In this document: in pieces, positions 36,479-48,679 of the stretch
How positions within the stretch are numbered: the first letter of the stretch is position 1
How the letters are laid out: every line of letters starts with the position of its first letter
Origin: Octopus sinensis
Taxonomy: Eukaryota
Direction of reading: 5' to 3'
Assembly: GCF_006345805.1 (NCBI RefSeq)
Contig: NC_043008.1
Location: 26,598,001 to 26,662,000, forward strand
DNA: 64,000 nucleotides
Notes under the pieces: model-generated
The model's input: the letters and a program-made list of their open reading frames with translations, nothing else
Told to the model about the DNA's origin: nothing
Databases searched by the model: none
Translations under genes and position numbers: made by a program

Positions 36479-37062
36479 CCCTTTAGCATTTAAACCAACC
36501 ATATCTCTTTTACTTTTTTACTTGTTTCAGTCATTTGACTGTGGCCATGCTGGAGCACTGCCTTTAGTTGAGCAAGTCGATCCCAGGATTTATTCTTTGT
36601 AAGGCTAGTACTTATTCTATCAGTCTCTTTTGCCAAACCGCTAAGTTATGGGGACATATATACACACACATACATATATATATATACTTATATACGATGG
36701 GCTTCTTTCAGTTTCCGTCTACCAAATCCAGTCACAAGGCTTTGTTGCCCTAAGGCTATAGTAGAAAATACTTGCCCAAGGTGCCATGCAGTGGGACTGA
36801 ACCTGGAACCATGTGGTTGGTAAGCAAGCTACTTACCACACAGCCACTCCTACACCTGGCTAAAATATCTGGTTAAAATATTTTATTTGTTTTATGTTCA
36901 AATTGGTCAAATACAGTCATTGACACTTACCCTACAATGTCATACTAAAAGTAAACAATCCCATAATAGAAATCTCAAAGCTACAAGATAATGCATGATT
37001 AAATCAAAACAATGGGAATAAATAAATATTACATTTGACAAACTAATCTGAATGTTAAAGGG
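36479..37062. mobile_element. piggyBac-type MITE with a nested SINE family B copy (about 36505-36855, minus)
   Basis: TTAA|CCCTTTAGCATT ... GAATGTTAAAGGG|CTAA; homologous to 61363-61581 in the opposite orientation. Confidence 0.75.
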
Positions 37063-40000
37063 CTAAGCATAAGAAAATAATGTGACAGGGTCACAGAAAT
37101 ATTAGAAATGTCACCTGTAGAAATTCCCTTATTGGTTTAAATTTACATACATGAAAAACTAATGTAAAATCCAAGATCTAAGAAAACTTATGCTGTTTTT
37201 TGTTAGTCAGATATTTTCTTAGGAGGGTTCATGGAAGAACTCAATTTAGATTTCAGATTCAATAGCTTGAAAGAGCAAATAATCTACCATTTTGCATTCT
37301 TTCCCATGAATGGTCAAAAAGTGAAAGAAAGTAGTGTTATTTTCTTTTTTTTTTATTACAAAATGTTGGCTAATTAGCAGTCATTAGAGTGTCAGAAAGT
37401 ATGCCTCTTGGTGTCTGGCTGTCTTTATCTTAAGTCCAAATCCTACACAATCAATTTTACCTGGTATCCCCTCAAAATTAATAAAGTGCTACTCTGTTAC
37501 CAAAACCAATTCCTCATGCTCTCTCTCATTTTTCTCTCTGGAAGAAACTGGGTATGATCAGACATGGATATGTATGGGATCTGCCTAAGGCATGTTGAAT
37601 GTTACAACAGCACTGTACCAGTTTGAGCAGTAGGTGAGGTTTGAAGGAAGGAAAGAAAGAATAAAGCGACAACAGCATGTGATCTCACTTTCCAACACAA
37701 ACAAGTCACAAAAGATTAAACTGTTAAAAGTTTTCAAACATTATGGCAACTAAATTCATTGAATTCTTCCATAATTTTTTTTTTTTGCCAACTAACCATG
37801 GAAGAGATTAGTACTATATGATAAGAAGTGAATAACATCAGCAAATATTGATTACTTTTGGCTAGGCATGAACTAAATGTTTTTGTAACTGGTTCATATT
37901 ATTCATTGCATCAAACTCAGAAATGTCTGCTGTAAATATTTATGACCTAAAAAAACTGAGGTCATGAATGCAAAAATAGCTCTGGTAGGATTTGAACTCA
38001 GGAAATGGCCTTCCTAAATGGAAGCTTGTCCAAAATTAGTTTTGCTAATCCAATAAATCTATTATAAATTTCATCCTTCTGTCATCAATAAATAAAAAAC
38101 CAGTCAAGAATTGAAGCCAACTCTTCTCCCCCTCCTCTCTCTCTCTCCCTCTCTCTCACACACACACATACACTCTCAACTCTTTCTCTCTCCCACTCTC
38201 TTCCCTTTCTATTTTAGAATTGGCTATATTGCACTGTGTGAAGGATTGAGAAAGACCATTCATAGAATTTCTCTTTCCAAAAATGGAGCAGAATTGAGCT
38301 AGCAACTTCTGTTCATAGAAAACCTGATTTGCTACTGGGACAGCTAAGAATATATCTGATGGAAACAAAATCATATTTAAGGAGTATTTTTTTCAACTTG
38401 ATAAATATTGCAGCTTTTTATTGAGTAAGATGTATAACTGTCTATTTGAATAGAGTTGTATGTTACTGGTATTTAATCAGTTATAGAGGAATAAAATGTA
38501 AAGATAACCCAAACAAAATTTGAAGGACTTTTCTGCTGTACTATTTTATCAAAATATTGCAGACAATAATCATATTATAACTTGTTTATCTGTAACTGAT
38601 GACAAGCAAACATTTCTTCATAGAATTCCCCTCACAGGCAGCTTTCTCATATATCTGAAACTAGAGAAACATTATCAGTCATTTGTGTTTTGTCAGTATA
38701 CAAATTAAATTATTGTATATTTGCTTCACCATTTTTCAGAATATTATCAGTTTATTTGTTGTTTCTCTCTGTAAAACACAGTAAATATTTCCGATAAAAG
38801 TAAAATAAAACATCGAATATTTATAATTACATTTGATAGATATTGAAATATAGCACTTTTGTTAAAGAATTCCCTGGCAAATTGCAGGAAAACCAAATTA
38901 CAATGAGTAATTGTTTATGTAAACAATTCTATTTAATAAAAGAGATTCAGTAATGGAAATTATAGTATTGGCACCAGAAATGTATACTTCATCTGCTTAT
39001 GCAGCAATTGCACCTCACACAAGCCGCAGCATCATTTTACATTCAACAGTCAAAAAGAGAGAGGAAGAGAGAGAGAGAGAGAAAGAGAGGAAATGAAAAG
39101 AAAAAAAAAATCAGTGTTCTTATTCATTGTTTCATGCATATTATATGCATAGTTCCTGAGATACATTCTCAAAGCTTGTTAGCATTAAATATTGAAATTA
39201 TATGTGTTTAAGAAAATTAGTTAGTTACACATTTTATGGCATACTCCATTTCTTCATGATCTGCAGAGTAAATATTAATAAGAACCATCTGTGTTTGAAT
39301 CTCTCTGCTTGGTGAATATCATCAGATAATATAATTATTTCTGTGTTGTTGTTGTTGTACTGGTTGATGTGTGACTCTAGCACAGCCTTCGTCAAGCAGA
39401 CATTTCTAGTTCTTGAGGAGGAGGAGTGCTGATGGCGATGATGATGATGATAATGATGACAACGATAATGATAGTGTTGTTGTTCTTGTTAGTGGTACTG
39501 GTGGTGGTGGAGGAAGAGGGTGGATGAGTGGGGAGAAGATGTAGAGGAAGAATGTGGTTGTTAGTTTATTGATTCTAGCACAAATTCTGAAACTTGGGTT
39601 GGTTTATTGAAGTTGCCATGAATAGTTTCCTGGTTTATCACTTTTAGTGATATTTTAAGTAATTCATTTGAAACAGTTTTGTTGAAAACAGACTGCTATG
39701 ACAATTGGTATCAAGGTGGTGTCAATGATCTCTTGAAGACATTTTCCTGACAAACAAAAATATGTGTTTAACTATTTATCTCTTTTGTAAATGAGATTTT
39801 TAGCTTTTTGTTTTTATTTCTTTTTTATGTAAGAAGTTAATGTTGTTTTGGCTTACCGCATCACTGTAAGTTTGGCTCATTAAATCTGTCTGACAATAGT
39901 TTTTTGCTTAAAATTTCAAGAAAAGTACAAAAGAAAGAAAAGAAAAGTAAAATTAAAGATAGATAATTAAGTATAATTTCAAGAAAAACAATTACTAAAT

Positions 40001-40541
40001 TATATTTCAAATGTGCTAATTATTCTTTTACTGTTTCTCTTTTTTGTTCTGTTTTCAAACTTCAATTAAATTACGTTTTGTTGTTAGTTAACTTATTGTT
40101 TATTGTTGAATAACTGTTTACATTTCATAACAAAGCAGATAAATCTGATACAAAATATCAGAATATGATAGAACTGAGAATATACAGGGATTGAAATCCA
40201 CATTTCATTGACACATTGGTGTAACAAGCACTATACAACGTTTCTTTGACATCCTACATCAATAACTTTATACCCAACAAAGCTAACATAGGAGGCTCTA
40301 TATAGCCAGAAAACTTACTAGGAATAACAAACAATCACTCCCACACATCCAAATAAGATCTTTCCATCTTAGAAAAGGTCACATTGAATAATATAACTAT
40401 TTGATTGGCATGGCTTGAGTGCTTTTCATCATAGGTAGCCTTACAAGGGCTAACCTATAGCTAAAATATCTTTAAATTTGCATAGAAATTTTAAGATTGC
40501 TTTCAATCTAAATACAATGTTCAATTGTTGGTCAATTTGAA

Positions 40542-40634
40542 CAACAAGTAATTGAGTTGAAGTAAAGTCAAAAATATATGTAAGTTTGTGTCTTACATAT
40601 GTTTTTGACTTTACTTCAACTCAATTACTTGTTG
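40542..40634. repeat. 93-nt near-perfect hairpin (43-bp arms, 7-nt loop)
   Basis: 40542-40584 / 40592-40634; a single T:G pair, otherwise Watson-Crick. Confidence 0.95.
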
Positions 40635-40714
40635 AAATCTCTCCTTTAGCAGTTGAAGTGGTAACTTCAGATAGAATTAGGTATTTCCAAACAAATTTAT
40701 GCATAATTTATGCA

Positions 40715-41125
40715 TAGGCGCAGGAGTGGCTGTGTGGTAAGTAGCTTGCTAACCAACCACATGGTTCCGGGTTCAGTCCCACTGCATGGCATCTTGGGCA
40801 AGTGTCTTCTGCTATAGCCCCGGGCCGACCAATGCCTTGTGAGTGGATTTGGTAGACGGAAACTGAAAGAAGCCTGTCGTATATATGTATATATATATAT
40901 AAGTGTGTGTGTATATGTTTGTGTGTCTGTGTTTGTCCCCCTAGCATTGCTTGACAACCGATGCTGGTGTATTTACGTCCTCATCACTTAGCAGTTCAGC
41001 ATAAGAGACCGATAGAATAAGTACTGGGCTCACAAAGAATAAGTTCTGGGGTCGATTTGCTTGACTAAAGGCGGTGCTCCAGCATGGCTGCAGTCAAATG
41101 ACTGAAACAAGTAAAAGAGAGTAAA
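40715..41125 (+). mobile_element. SINE family B (best-preserved copy)
   Basis: ggcgcaggagtggctgtgtggtaag head, gggttcagtccc B-box-like, CORE-like cttgggcaagtgtcttctgctatagcc, central (TA/TG)n, 3' gactgaaacaagtaaaagag. Confidence 0.88.
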
Positions 41126-41754
41126 AGAGTATAATTTACTTTATGTACCATATGACATACTTCAATTTTAATGTTGGTTACTTCAGATTTACTTCTTTTA
41201 ACATTAGGTGTGAAGGAATTTCTAAAGCTAATTGAATCTATATTGATACAAATTTTTGACCAGACAAACATGGCTGTGTGTTAAGAATTTTGTTTCATAT
41301 CAATGTGAGTCTGGATTGGATTCCCCCAAGCAAGCACTTTGCAATAAGCCATAGGTTGACCAATGATGTGTGGGTAGAGTTTGGTTGATAGAAATTCTGC
41401 TTAAGTGCATTATGTTTAATTGAAAACAATATGAATAAACGGGCATTGTATTTGACTGAGTAATCTAATGGTGCAAGGGTAATAAAAATAGGATTTAAAT
41501 GGGAGTTATAAATTTCATGTAATAGCCTGAGAGATAGCATAATAGTACAGGGCTTGCTATACAAGCTTGTTCAACTATTGCATGATTTGTGCACTAAACT
41601 TAGAGTAGCTAACATTTAAATCGAGTGTTTCTTAAATATTCATCTCTCATTTCTCATTGGATGGAGTACTGCCTTTGTTGATCCTACAAAAAAAAAAAAC
41701 GAAACAAAACAGAATAGCACACAGTATGTATACACACACACACACATATGCATG

Positions 41755-41849
<95 letters not shown>

Positions 41850-42647
41850 ATTCATATAAAATATAGTCTGTTGACTAATTTTTCAATATGCTAGGCCACT
41901 TGTAGTAAAACTTTCTAAAATCTTTATTACCCTGATATAATTAATAATTAATTATATATATCATTTGGGGATTTGGTTTACAAGATTCTTTATGTGAGTT
42001 CCTGTGTTGAAGCACATTCTGTTGTGTCTGGCATGAGTCATTGTTTTTAGTGCCTTAAAATTTAACACACTCACTGGTAAAATTACCACTTATTTACTTA
42101 TTTTTCTAAAATTTTAGTTGTGTCTTGTAACCTTTTCAATAGTTGTTGACTCTGTCCGTTGAACAGAGATGAAGACTGGAGATGAAGAAAAAAGGTTGGT
42201 CATTCCCCTACAATTCTGTATAAATACTTAAATATGTTTTCTGATGAAGTTTTGACCAAGCAATACATACTTTCTCCTATCAAATACTGTCTATAAATTC
42301 TTTCTGTATATATGCTTATATACAATCATGACTTTTGATGAATTTATAAATAATTATGAATTTATTTTACTACATATTTTGAACACTTTTATGTAAACAT
42401 CTTCTTATCATTGTCAAAGATTTCTATCACTGTATTTTAATATATCCATGTTAACCATTTTTTAACACCACAAGGGATACACAAAGCCTTACATTTTACC
42501 TTTGAAAATCTTTTTTTAAAAAACCAAAACATGTCTAGTCAATAAGCATCATTTAAAGAACCCTGCATTTTCAAATCCTCTTCCCTATATATACACACAC
42601 ACACACACACACACATATGCATGTGTGTGTGTGTGTGTGTGTGTGTA

Positions 42648-42968
42648 AGGTGCATAGCTCAGCAGTTAGAGCACTAGGCTCACAATCATGAGGTAGTAAG
42701 TTCAATTCCAAGATCAGGCAGTGTGTTGTGTTCTTGAGCGAGACACTTTATTTCATGTTGCTCCAGTTCACTCATGTGTAGATATGTGATGCCAAGTTGT
42801 ATTGGCCTCTGCCTTTCTCTAGCATAACATCGGTGGTATGGAGAGGAGAGGCTGGTCTGCATTGGCAACTGCTAGTCTTCCACAATCAACTTTGTTTGGA
42901 CTTGTGTCTGAGAGAGGAACTTTCTAGTTGCAATTCCATGGTCATTCATGACCGAAGGGGGTCTTTAC
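42648..42968 (+). mobile_element. SINE family C with tRNA-like head
   Basis: A box TAGCTCAGCAGTT, B box AGTTCAATTCC, tail ggtcattcatgaccgaagggggtc before (TA)n. Confidence 0.82.
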
Positions 42969-42992
42969 CCTATATATATATATATGTATATA

Positions 42993-43106
<114 letters not shown>

Positions 43107-43121
43107 TAGATATAGATATCA

Positions 43122-43284
43122 TATTATATTAAGGGAATTACTACACATAAAACTCTCCTGCTACGAGGGACTCTTAAAGTCAAAACTACTATAAATAAAT
43201 TTGTATATTTATATTGATAGTTTTAACTTTAATAGTCCCTCATAGTGTGAGGCATTTATGCGTAGTAATGCCCTTAATATAATA
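43122..43284. mobile_element. Small foldback MITE
   Basis: tattatattaagggaattactacacataaa / tttatgcgtagtaatgcccttaatataata, with further inverted similarity toward the centre. Confidence 0.75.
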
Positions 43285-43389
43285 AATATTATTTAAAATG
43301 AAATCCCTATAAACTTTTCCATTATAAGGTTTTCATGCTGAATACTTGATAAATTCTTATAAAGATTTTATCCTATATTTAAATTTTAA

Positions 43390-43420
<31 letters not shown>

Positions 43421-43489
43421 ATATATAAGTGTAGTAGAAAATATATGGATTTAGAGATTCATGCAGCTTTCACAGTAAGTATTGAGAGC

Positions 43490-43625
43490 ATACATCATCA
43501 TCCTTATTCAGTGTCTTCCTTCCTTCCATGCTGGCATGGGTTGACAGGAACTGGTCAGGCAAGAGCCCGTGCCATGCTTCTGAGTGTGTTTTGGCATGGT
43601 TTTTATGGCTGGATGCCATTGCTAA
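43490..43625 (-). mobile_element. RTE 3'-tail-derived short repeat
   Basis: ttccatgctggcatgggttgacagg...ggctggatgcc. Confidence 0.6.
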
Positions 43626-44694
43626 TGTTGTACTACTATCAGGTATTGAAGTAAAATTTTGCAACAGAATATAATAAATATAGATTTTATAATATAATAA
43701 ATACATGATTTTATTATTATAAAATGTTATCAGTCTAAGTTACTAATATCATCAAATGTACTCAAAGTGAATGAATACTCATCATTAGTCCTACTACCTG
43801 TGTTTCTGAACAAATCAGTTTGTCTAGGGTCCCATAGAAATTATTTAAGGAGTATGAGCTAACTGATGTCTGATGTTCAGTTCTCAACTAATTTGAATTT
43901 TCTTAGAAACTATTAGTAACATGGTTTGACAAAACTCTAAAATGGTTGTGGGTGTGTGTCTTTCTCTCTTTCTTTTTCCGAACCTGTTCTCAATGTACAT
44001 CGATAAAATCAAAGGATGTAAACATCAGCAAGCAAAATATAAAAGTGTGCTATGAACAAAATATTTTGTCCTGATTGTTCTGAATCGAATTATCAACATT
44101 CCCTTATTGCTGTTGCACTTAGAATTGCAGTTAACCAATGATTGATCCTTTAGAATATTGTAACTAGTTACTATCATTCATAAATTGCAATATAGTATAA
44201 ATAAGTAAAACAAACCGCTAGAAGTCAGTCTGTAGAAGCATGCAACACAATGGAAACAGTAACAAGGAAATAAATGATATGTGAAAACAGATGGAAATTA
44301 ATTCCCTTATTAATAAATGGTTGTAGAGTTCATTATCATAAATATTATATGAGGGGAAAAAGAAAACAAGACAAAATCCATTCCTCTACAAACTGCACTT
44401 GTGTATTTGTAGCAGTGATTTGAACTGACTGCTGCATTCTGATGAAATACAACTTGGATTATACATGGACCACTACCCTCTCTGATAACAGCAGTAAATT
44501 ATGCAGCATATTGTTTTTCCCAAAAATTTTAATTATCTTATTTTAGCTGTGTTGAAAAATCTTTTATGCTTATTTCAAATCTAATGACTCTACTTTAGTT
44601 TTGAAGGATTTTGGTCTTATGATGCTTCACAAAGGAAGTGAGTTGCCAAGAGCTGAGAGGTTTCAAAATAAAAATAGAGTAATTCAGAGTATAT

Positions 44695-44738
<44 letters not shown>

Positions 44739-45084
44739 ACAAATGCTCACATATATAAAAGTGTATTATACACAGTCAAAGACACTCTCACATGTGCACA
44801 TACACATTCATACACACGCTGCAGTAACAACATCTTGAAATAGAAATTTCTTCCATACAGTTCTACTTCAAATTTTTTCAATAATTTATATTTACAGCAC
44901 TCAATATGCATCACCATTATCATCACCTGTTGTCTTCATCATAATCGTCATCATCAACATCATCATTGTCATTATCATCACCTATAAATTATTATTTTTT
45001 TGTTTGTTTATTCAGTGTGTCTGTAAGAGAAAGAAGTTTGCTTTGCAATTACATTCTTCTGTGTACCATCTCATTGTTTGGCAC

Positions 45085-45325
45085 CTTAATATATATTTCT
45101 TTACTACCCTCAAGGGCTAAACACAGAGAGGACAAACGAGGACAGACAAATGGATTAAGTCGATTACATCGACCCCAGTGCGTAACTGGTACTTAATTTA
45201 TCGACCCCGAAAGGATGAAAGGCAAAGTCGACCTCAACGGAATTTGAACTCAGAACGTGACGGCAGACGAAATATGGCTATGCATTTCGCCCGGCGTGCT
45301 AATGTTTCTGCCAGCTCACCACCTT
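45085..45325 (-). mobile_element. SINE family A (best-preserved copy)
   Basis: gtaactggtacttaatttatcgaccccgaaaggatgaaaggcaaagtcgacctcaacggaatttgaactcagaacgt. Confidence 0.88.
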
Positions 45326-45350
45326 CATGGTATGTATATATAGATGTATA

Positions 45351-46295
45351 TTGGGTCATCCCATAAATAATGGGGTCTTTTCAATTGCATGAACTAAATG
45401 TCGGTGGGAGACAAGATAAACTACCTGCAACAATTTGCTATAGAAGCAGGTAGTAATTTTACCCTGTCCTCATTCTTTGTGCAAGTTTTGAAGAGTGCAG
45501 TTCGATTTTAACAGTTATTTGTTTCAAAGCTATAATGGAAGTGACAAAGGTGCATTTTTGGCATATTTTGCTTTCTGAGTCCTTTCATGCACAGTGCTCT
45601 TCTTTGCTGTTACGTCTTATGAATTAACCCCTTTTGGACCGAATAGTGACTGGTGGTGAGACATGGCTTTCCTATAAAAATGTCAAGTGCTGAAGACAGT
45701 GTTTAGGGAAAGGAGAAACACCAGCACCCCAGACTAAAGAAGGTCTTCACCCACGAAAGGTATTGTTATCTGTTTGGTGGGATTTGAAAGGTTTAGTCAA
45801 CTTTGAACTGTTAAACTCAAACCAAATGATAACAAAAGAGATCTACTGTAAGTAGCTTGAGCTGCTTAAGTCACCACTAGAAGAAAAACGGCCATCTTTG
45901 GTTTCAAGATGAAAGGTGTTCTTCCATCAGGATAATACTTGGCCACGTACATTGAGGATGACATTCCAAAGGCTGGAGCAGTTTGAATGGAAAGAATGCC
46001 CCACCCACCATATTCGCCGGACATTGCCCCATCCAATTATCATTTATTCTGCAGTCTCCGAAATCATTTGGATGGAATAAATATGAAATCTGTAGACGAG
46101 GTCAGAAGAGTATTGGAGGAATATTTTTCATCACGGACATGTGAATTTTGGAAGAGGGTCCTTGAGAGTCTAGCAGATAGATGGAGGAGCATTGTAGAAA
46201 ATAAAGGAGAGTATATTTTAGATTTAAAAAGAACAATTGTTTATCTTAATCTTAAGAAATAAAGAATATAAATACCGCATTAGTTATAGGATGTC

Positions 46296-46299
<4 letters not shown>
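45351..46299 (+). mobile_element. Mariner element, both TIRs present, HTH region deleted
   Basis: TA|TTGGGTCATCCCATAAATAATG ... CATTAGTTATAGGATGTCCCAA|TA; LDRIVTGGETW, LHPRKVLLSVWWD, HQDN, HPPYSPDIAPSNYHLF, NKGEYILD*. Confidence 0.92.
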
Positions 46300-46368
<69 letters not shown>

Positions 46369-47318
46369 ATGATATATATATATCTATATGTGTATGTATA
46401 TATGATATATATATATGTGTGTATGTAGTCTTTTATTCTTTTACTAGTGTCAATCATGTGACTGTTGCCATGCTAGAGCATCATCTTAAAGGGATTTTTA
46501 GTCAAAAAAATCGGTCTAGGGACTGATCCTTTGTAAACCTAGAACTTATTCTATCAGTCTCTTTTTTTCCAAACCTCTATGCTATGGAGATGTAAACACA
46601 CCAACATTGGTTGTGAAGCTAAGTTGTGGGGGACAAACATGAAAACAATGACACACACAAATATATATACATATAATAAAATACACCTGTGTGTGTTTGT
46701 TTGATTTTCACATGAAAACAGCTGAGTGAATTGCTTTTATACTTGGGATGCCTGAATAATTTGACCTCAGAAACATGATAAGGTCATCAGTTTATTTTTC
46801 TATTTAAAAATAAATAATATTGTTTTATATTTATGATTCACTTCTTTAAACGTTTTTTCAATGTCAACTTCCAGTATTGACGTATCAATGGCACAATTTT
46901 CCATTTTTATTCGTGAAATCTCTCACTCTCTATTTTAATGCTTTCATTTCAAGATTTAATTCGTTATTTGGAAGCAACTACAATAAATTACCGACAGAAA
47001 TATTTACTAAGTTCGCAAATTTAAATATTCAACACAAGATAGTTTTTAATGTGCTTTTATTTATACAAGTTTTTTCCTTTCATATTTACTTCATTCATTG
47101 TTTGCACTCTCCACCCCACCTCTCTCTCACACACACATGCACACATACATACAAAAACGACGTATGCTTATTTATTTATGTATTATGTATAAATGACGAC
47201 AAACTCTTTCACTCTCTCTCTCTCTCTCTCTCACACACACATCCGTTTGATACTGTGTGTGTGAGTGTGTGTGTGTGTGTTTGTGCAGGGAATTTCACAA
47301 TCGCCAGAAAAAAGCAGA

Positions 47319-48545
47319 GGAATTTTCTGTCTTGATGCATCTGGTGGCACAGGTAAAACATTTGTAACGACATTGCTCCTCTCCAAGATAAGGCAACAAA
47401 AAGAATTGCAGTTGCTGTAGCATTGTCTGGCTTTGCTGCCACAATTCTCCCAGGAGGACGAACAGCTCATTTTGCTTTTCAATTACCACTAAACCTAGTC
47501 ACAAATGACAGTCCAATTTGAAACACAAGCAAAGATTCAGGTTCAGCAGAAGTGTTGTGTCAATGCCACCTGATTATTTGGGATGAATGCACCATATTAC
47601 ATAGAGATGCAATGGAAGCTCTTGATAAGGCCTTACATAACATAAAAGGTAACAATAAATTTATGGTAGGAGTTACATGTGTTTTATCAGGAGACTTCAG
47701 ACAGACATTAACAGCCATTCTGAAACGAACAAGATCTGATGAAATAAAAGCATGCATTAAGTCTTCACACCTATGTACAGCAATTCTCCTTAAATTCTAA
47801 TGTGAAAGCTTTATTATATGTGGTCCAATGTGAAGAACAGTTTTCAAAATGGCTCCTCCAATTAGGAAATGGGAAGCTACCATTTGATGAGAATAGTGAT
47901 ATCAGTTTGGCTCATATTGCTATCATGGTGGATTCCCTAACTGAATTGAAGAACAGGATATTTCCAGACTTAAGTAATAATTATAATTCAAATAAATGGT
48001 TGTGTGAAAGGGCAATTCTTGCTCCCAAAAAGTGAGACAGTAGCAAAGATTAACTATGAATTAACAAATAAGATTCCAAGTCATTAAGGAATACATATTA
48101 GTTGATTCAGTCCTTGATGAAAATCAAACTGTTCATTACCCAACTGAGTTCCTTAATTCTGTTGAGCCACCTGGAACTCTTCCACATAAACTTTTTCTGA
48201 AGGCAGGAGTTCTAATAATGCCTCTAACAAATTTAGATCCTCCTAAATTATGCAAGGGACAAGGTTGATTGTGAAGACATTATCACCTAATGTGATAGAA
48301 GCTACCACAATCACTGGATGTGCCTCTAGGGAAGAAGTCTTCATTCCAAGAATTCCAATCAAACCAACAAAATTCCCAGTGTGACTTTGCTTTGCAAAGT
48401 CTATTAATAAAGATCAAATTCAAATTTTGAAATCTACTGGCTTGCTTTTCTTATGGTCAACTTTATGTTGGTTACTCCAGGGTTGATAGTTTGCAAGACT
48501 TATTTGTCTATTGCTCCAAACCAGAAAACAAAGAATGTTCTTTAC
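47319..48545 (+). mobile_element. Helitron PIF1-type helicase pseudogene
   Basis: CLDASGGTGKTF (Walker A), GGRTAH, IIWDEC (Walker B), LSGDFRQ, WLLQLGNG, WLCERAILAPK, NLDPPKLC, VFIPRIP; frameshifted. Confidence 0.9.
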
Positions 48546-48621
48546 CCAGAAGCTCATACGTAGTTTCATTCAACATGTGTGATAGAATTTATCTCCTTTC
48601 ATAAAAGTGTTGAATTATGTA

Positions 48622-48679
<58 letters not shown>

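Noticed and set aside
38219-38302. Plus-strand acceptor followed by IGYIALCEGLRK...*
   Set aside because: The pyrimidine tract is a CT microsatellite; no donor or homology support
42648-42720. tRNA gene
   Set aside because: A/B boxes are present but there is no complete cloverleaf, and it continues into SINE body; the same applies to 27710-27860
44438-44490. C/D-box snoRNA (TGATGA...CTGA)
   Set aside because: Too short, with no terminal stem or recognisable antisense element
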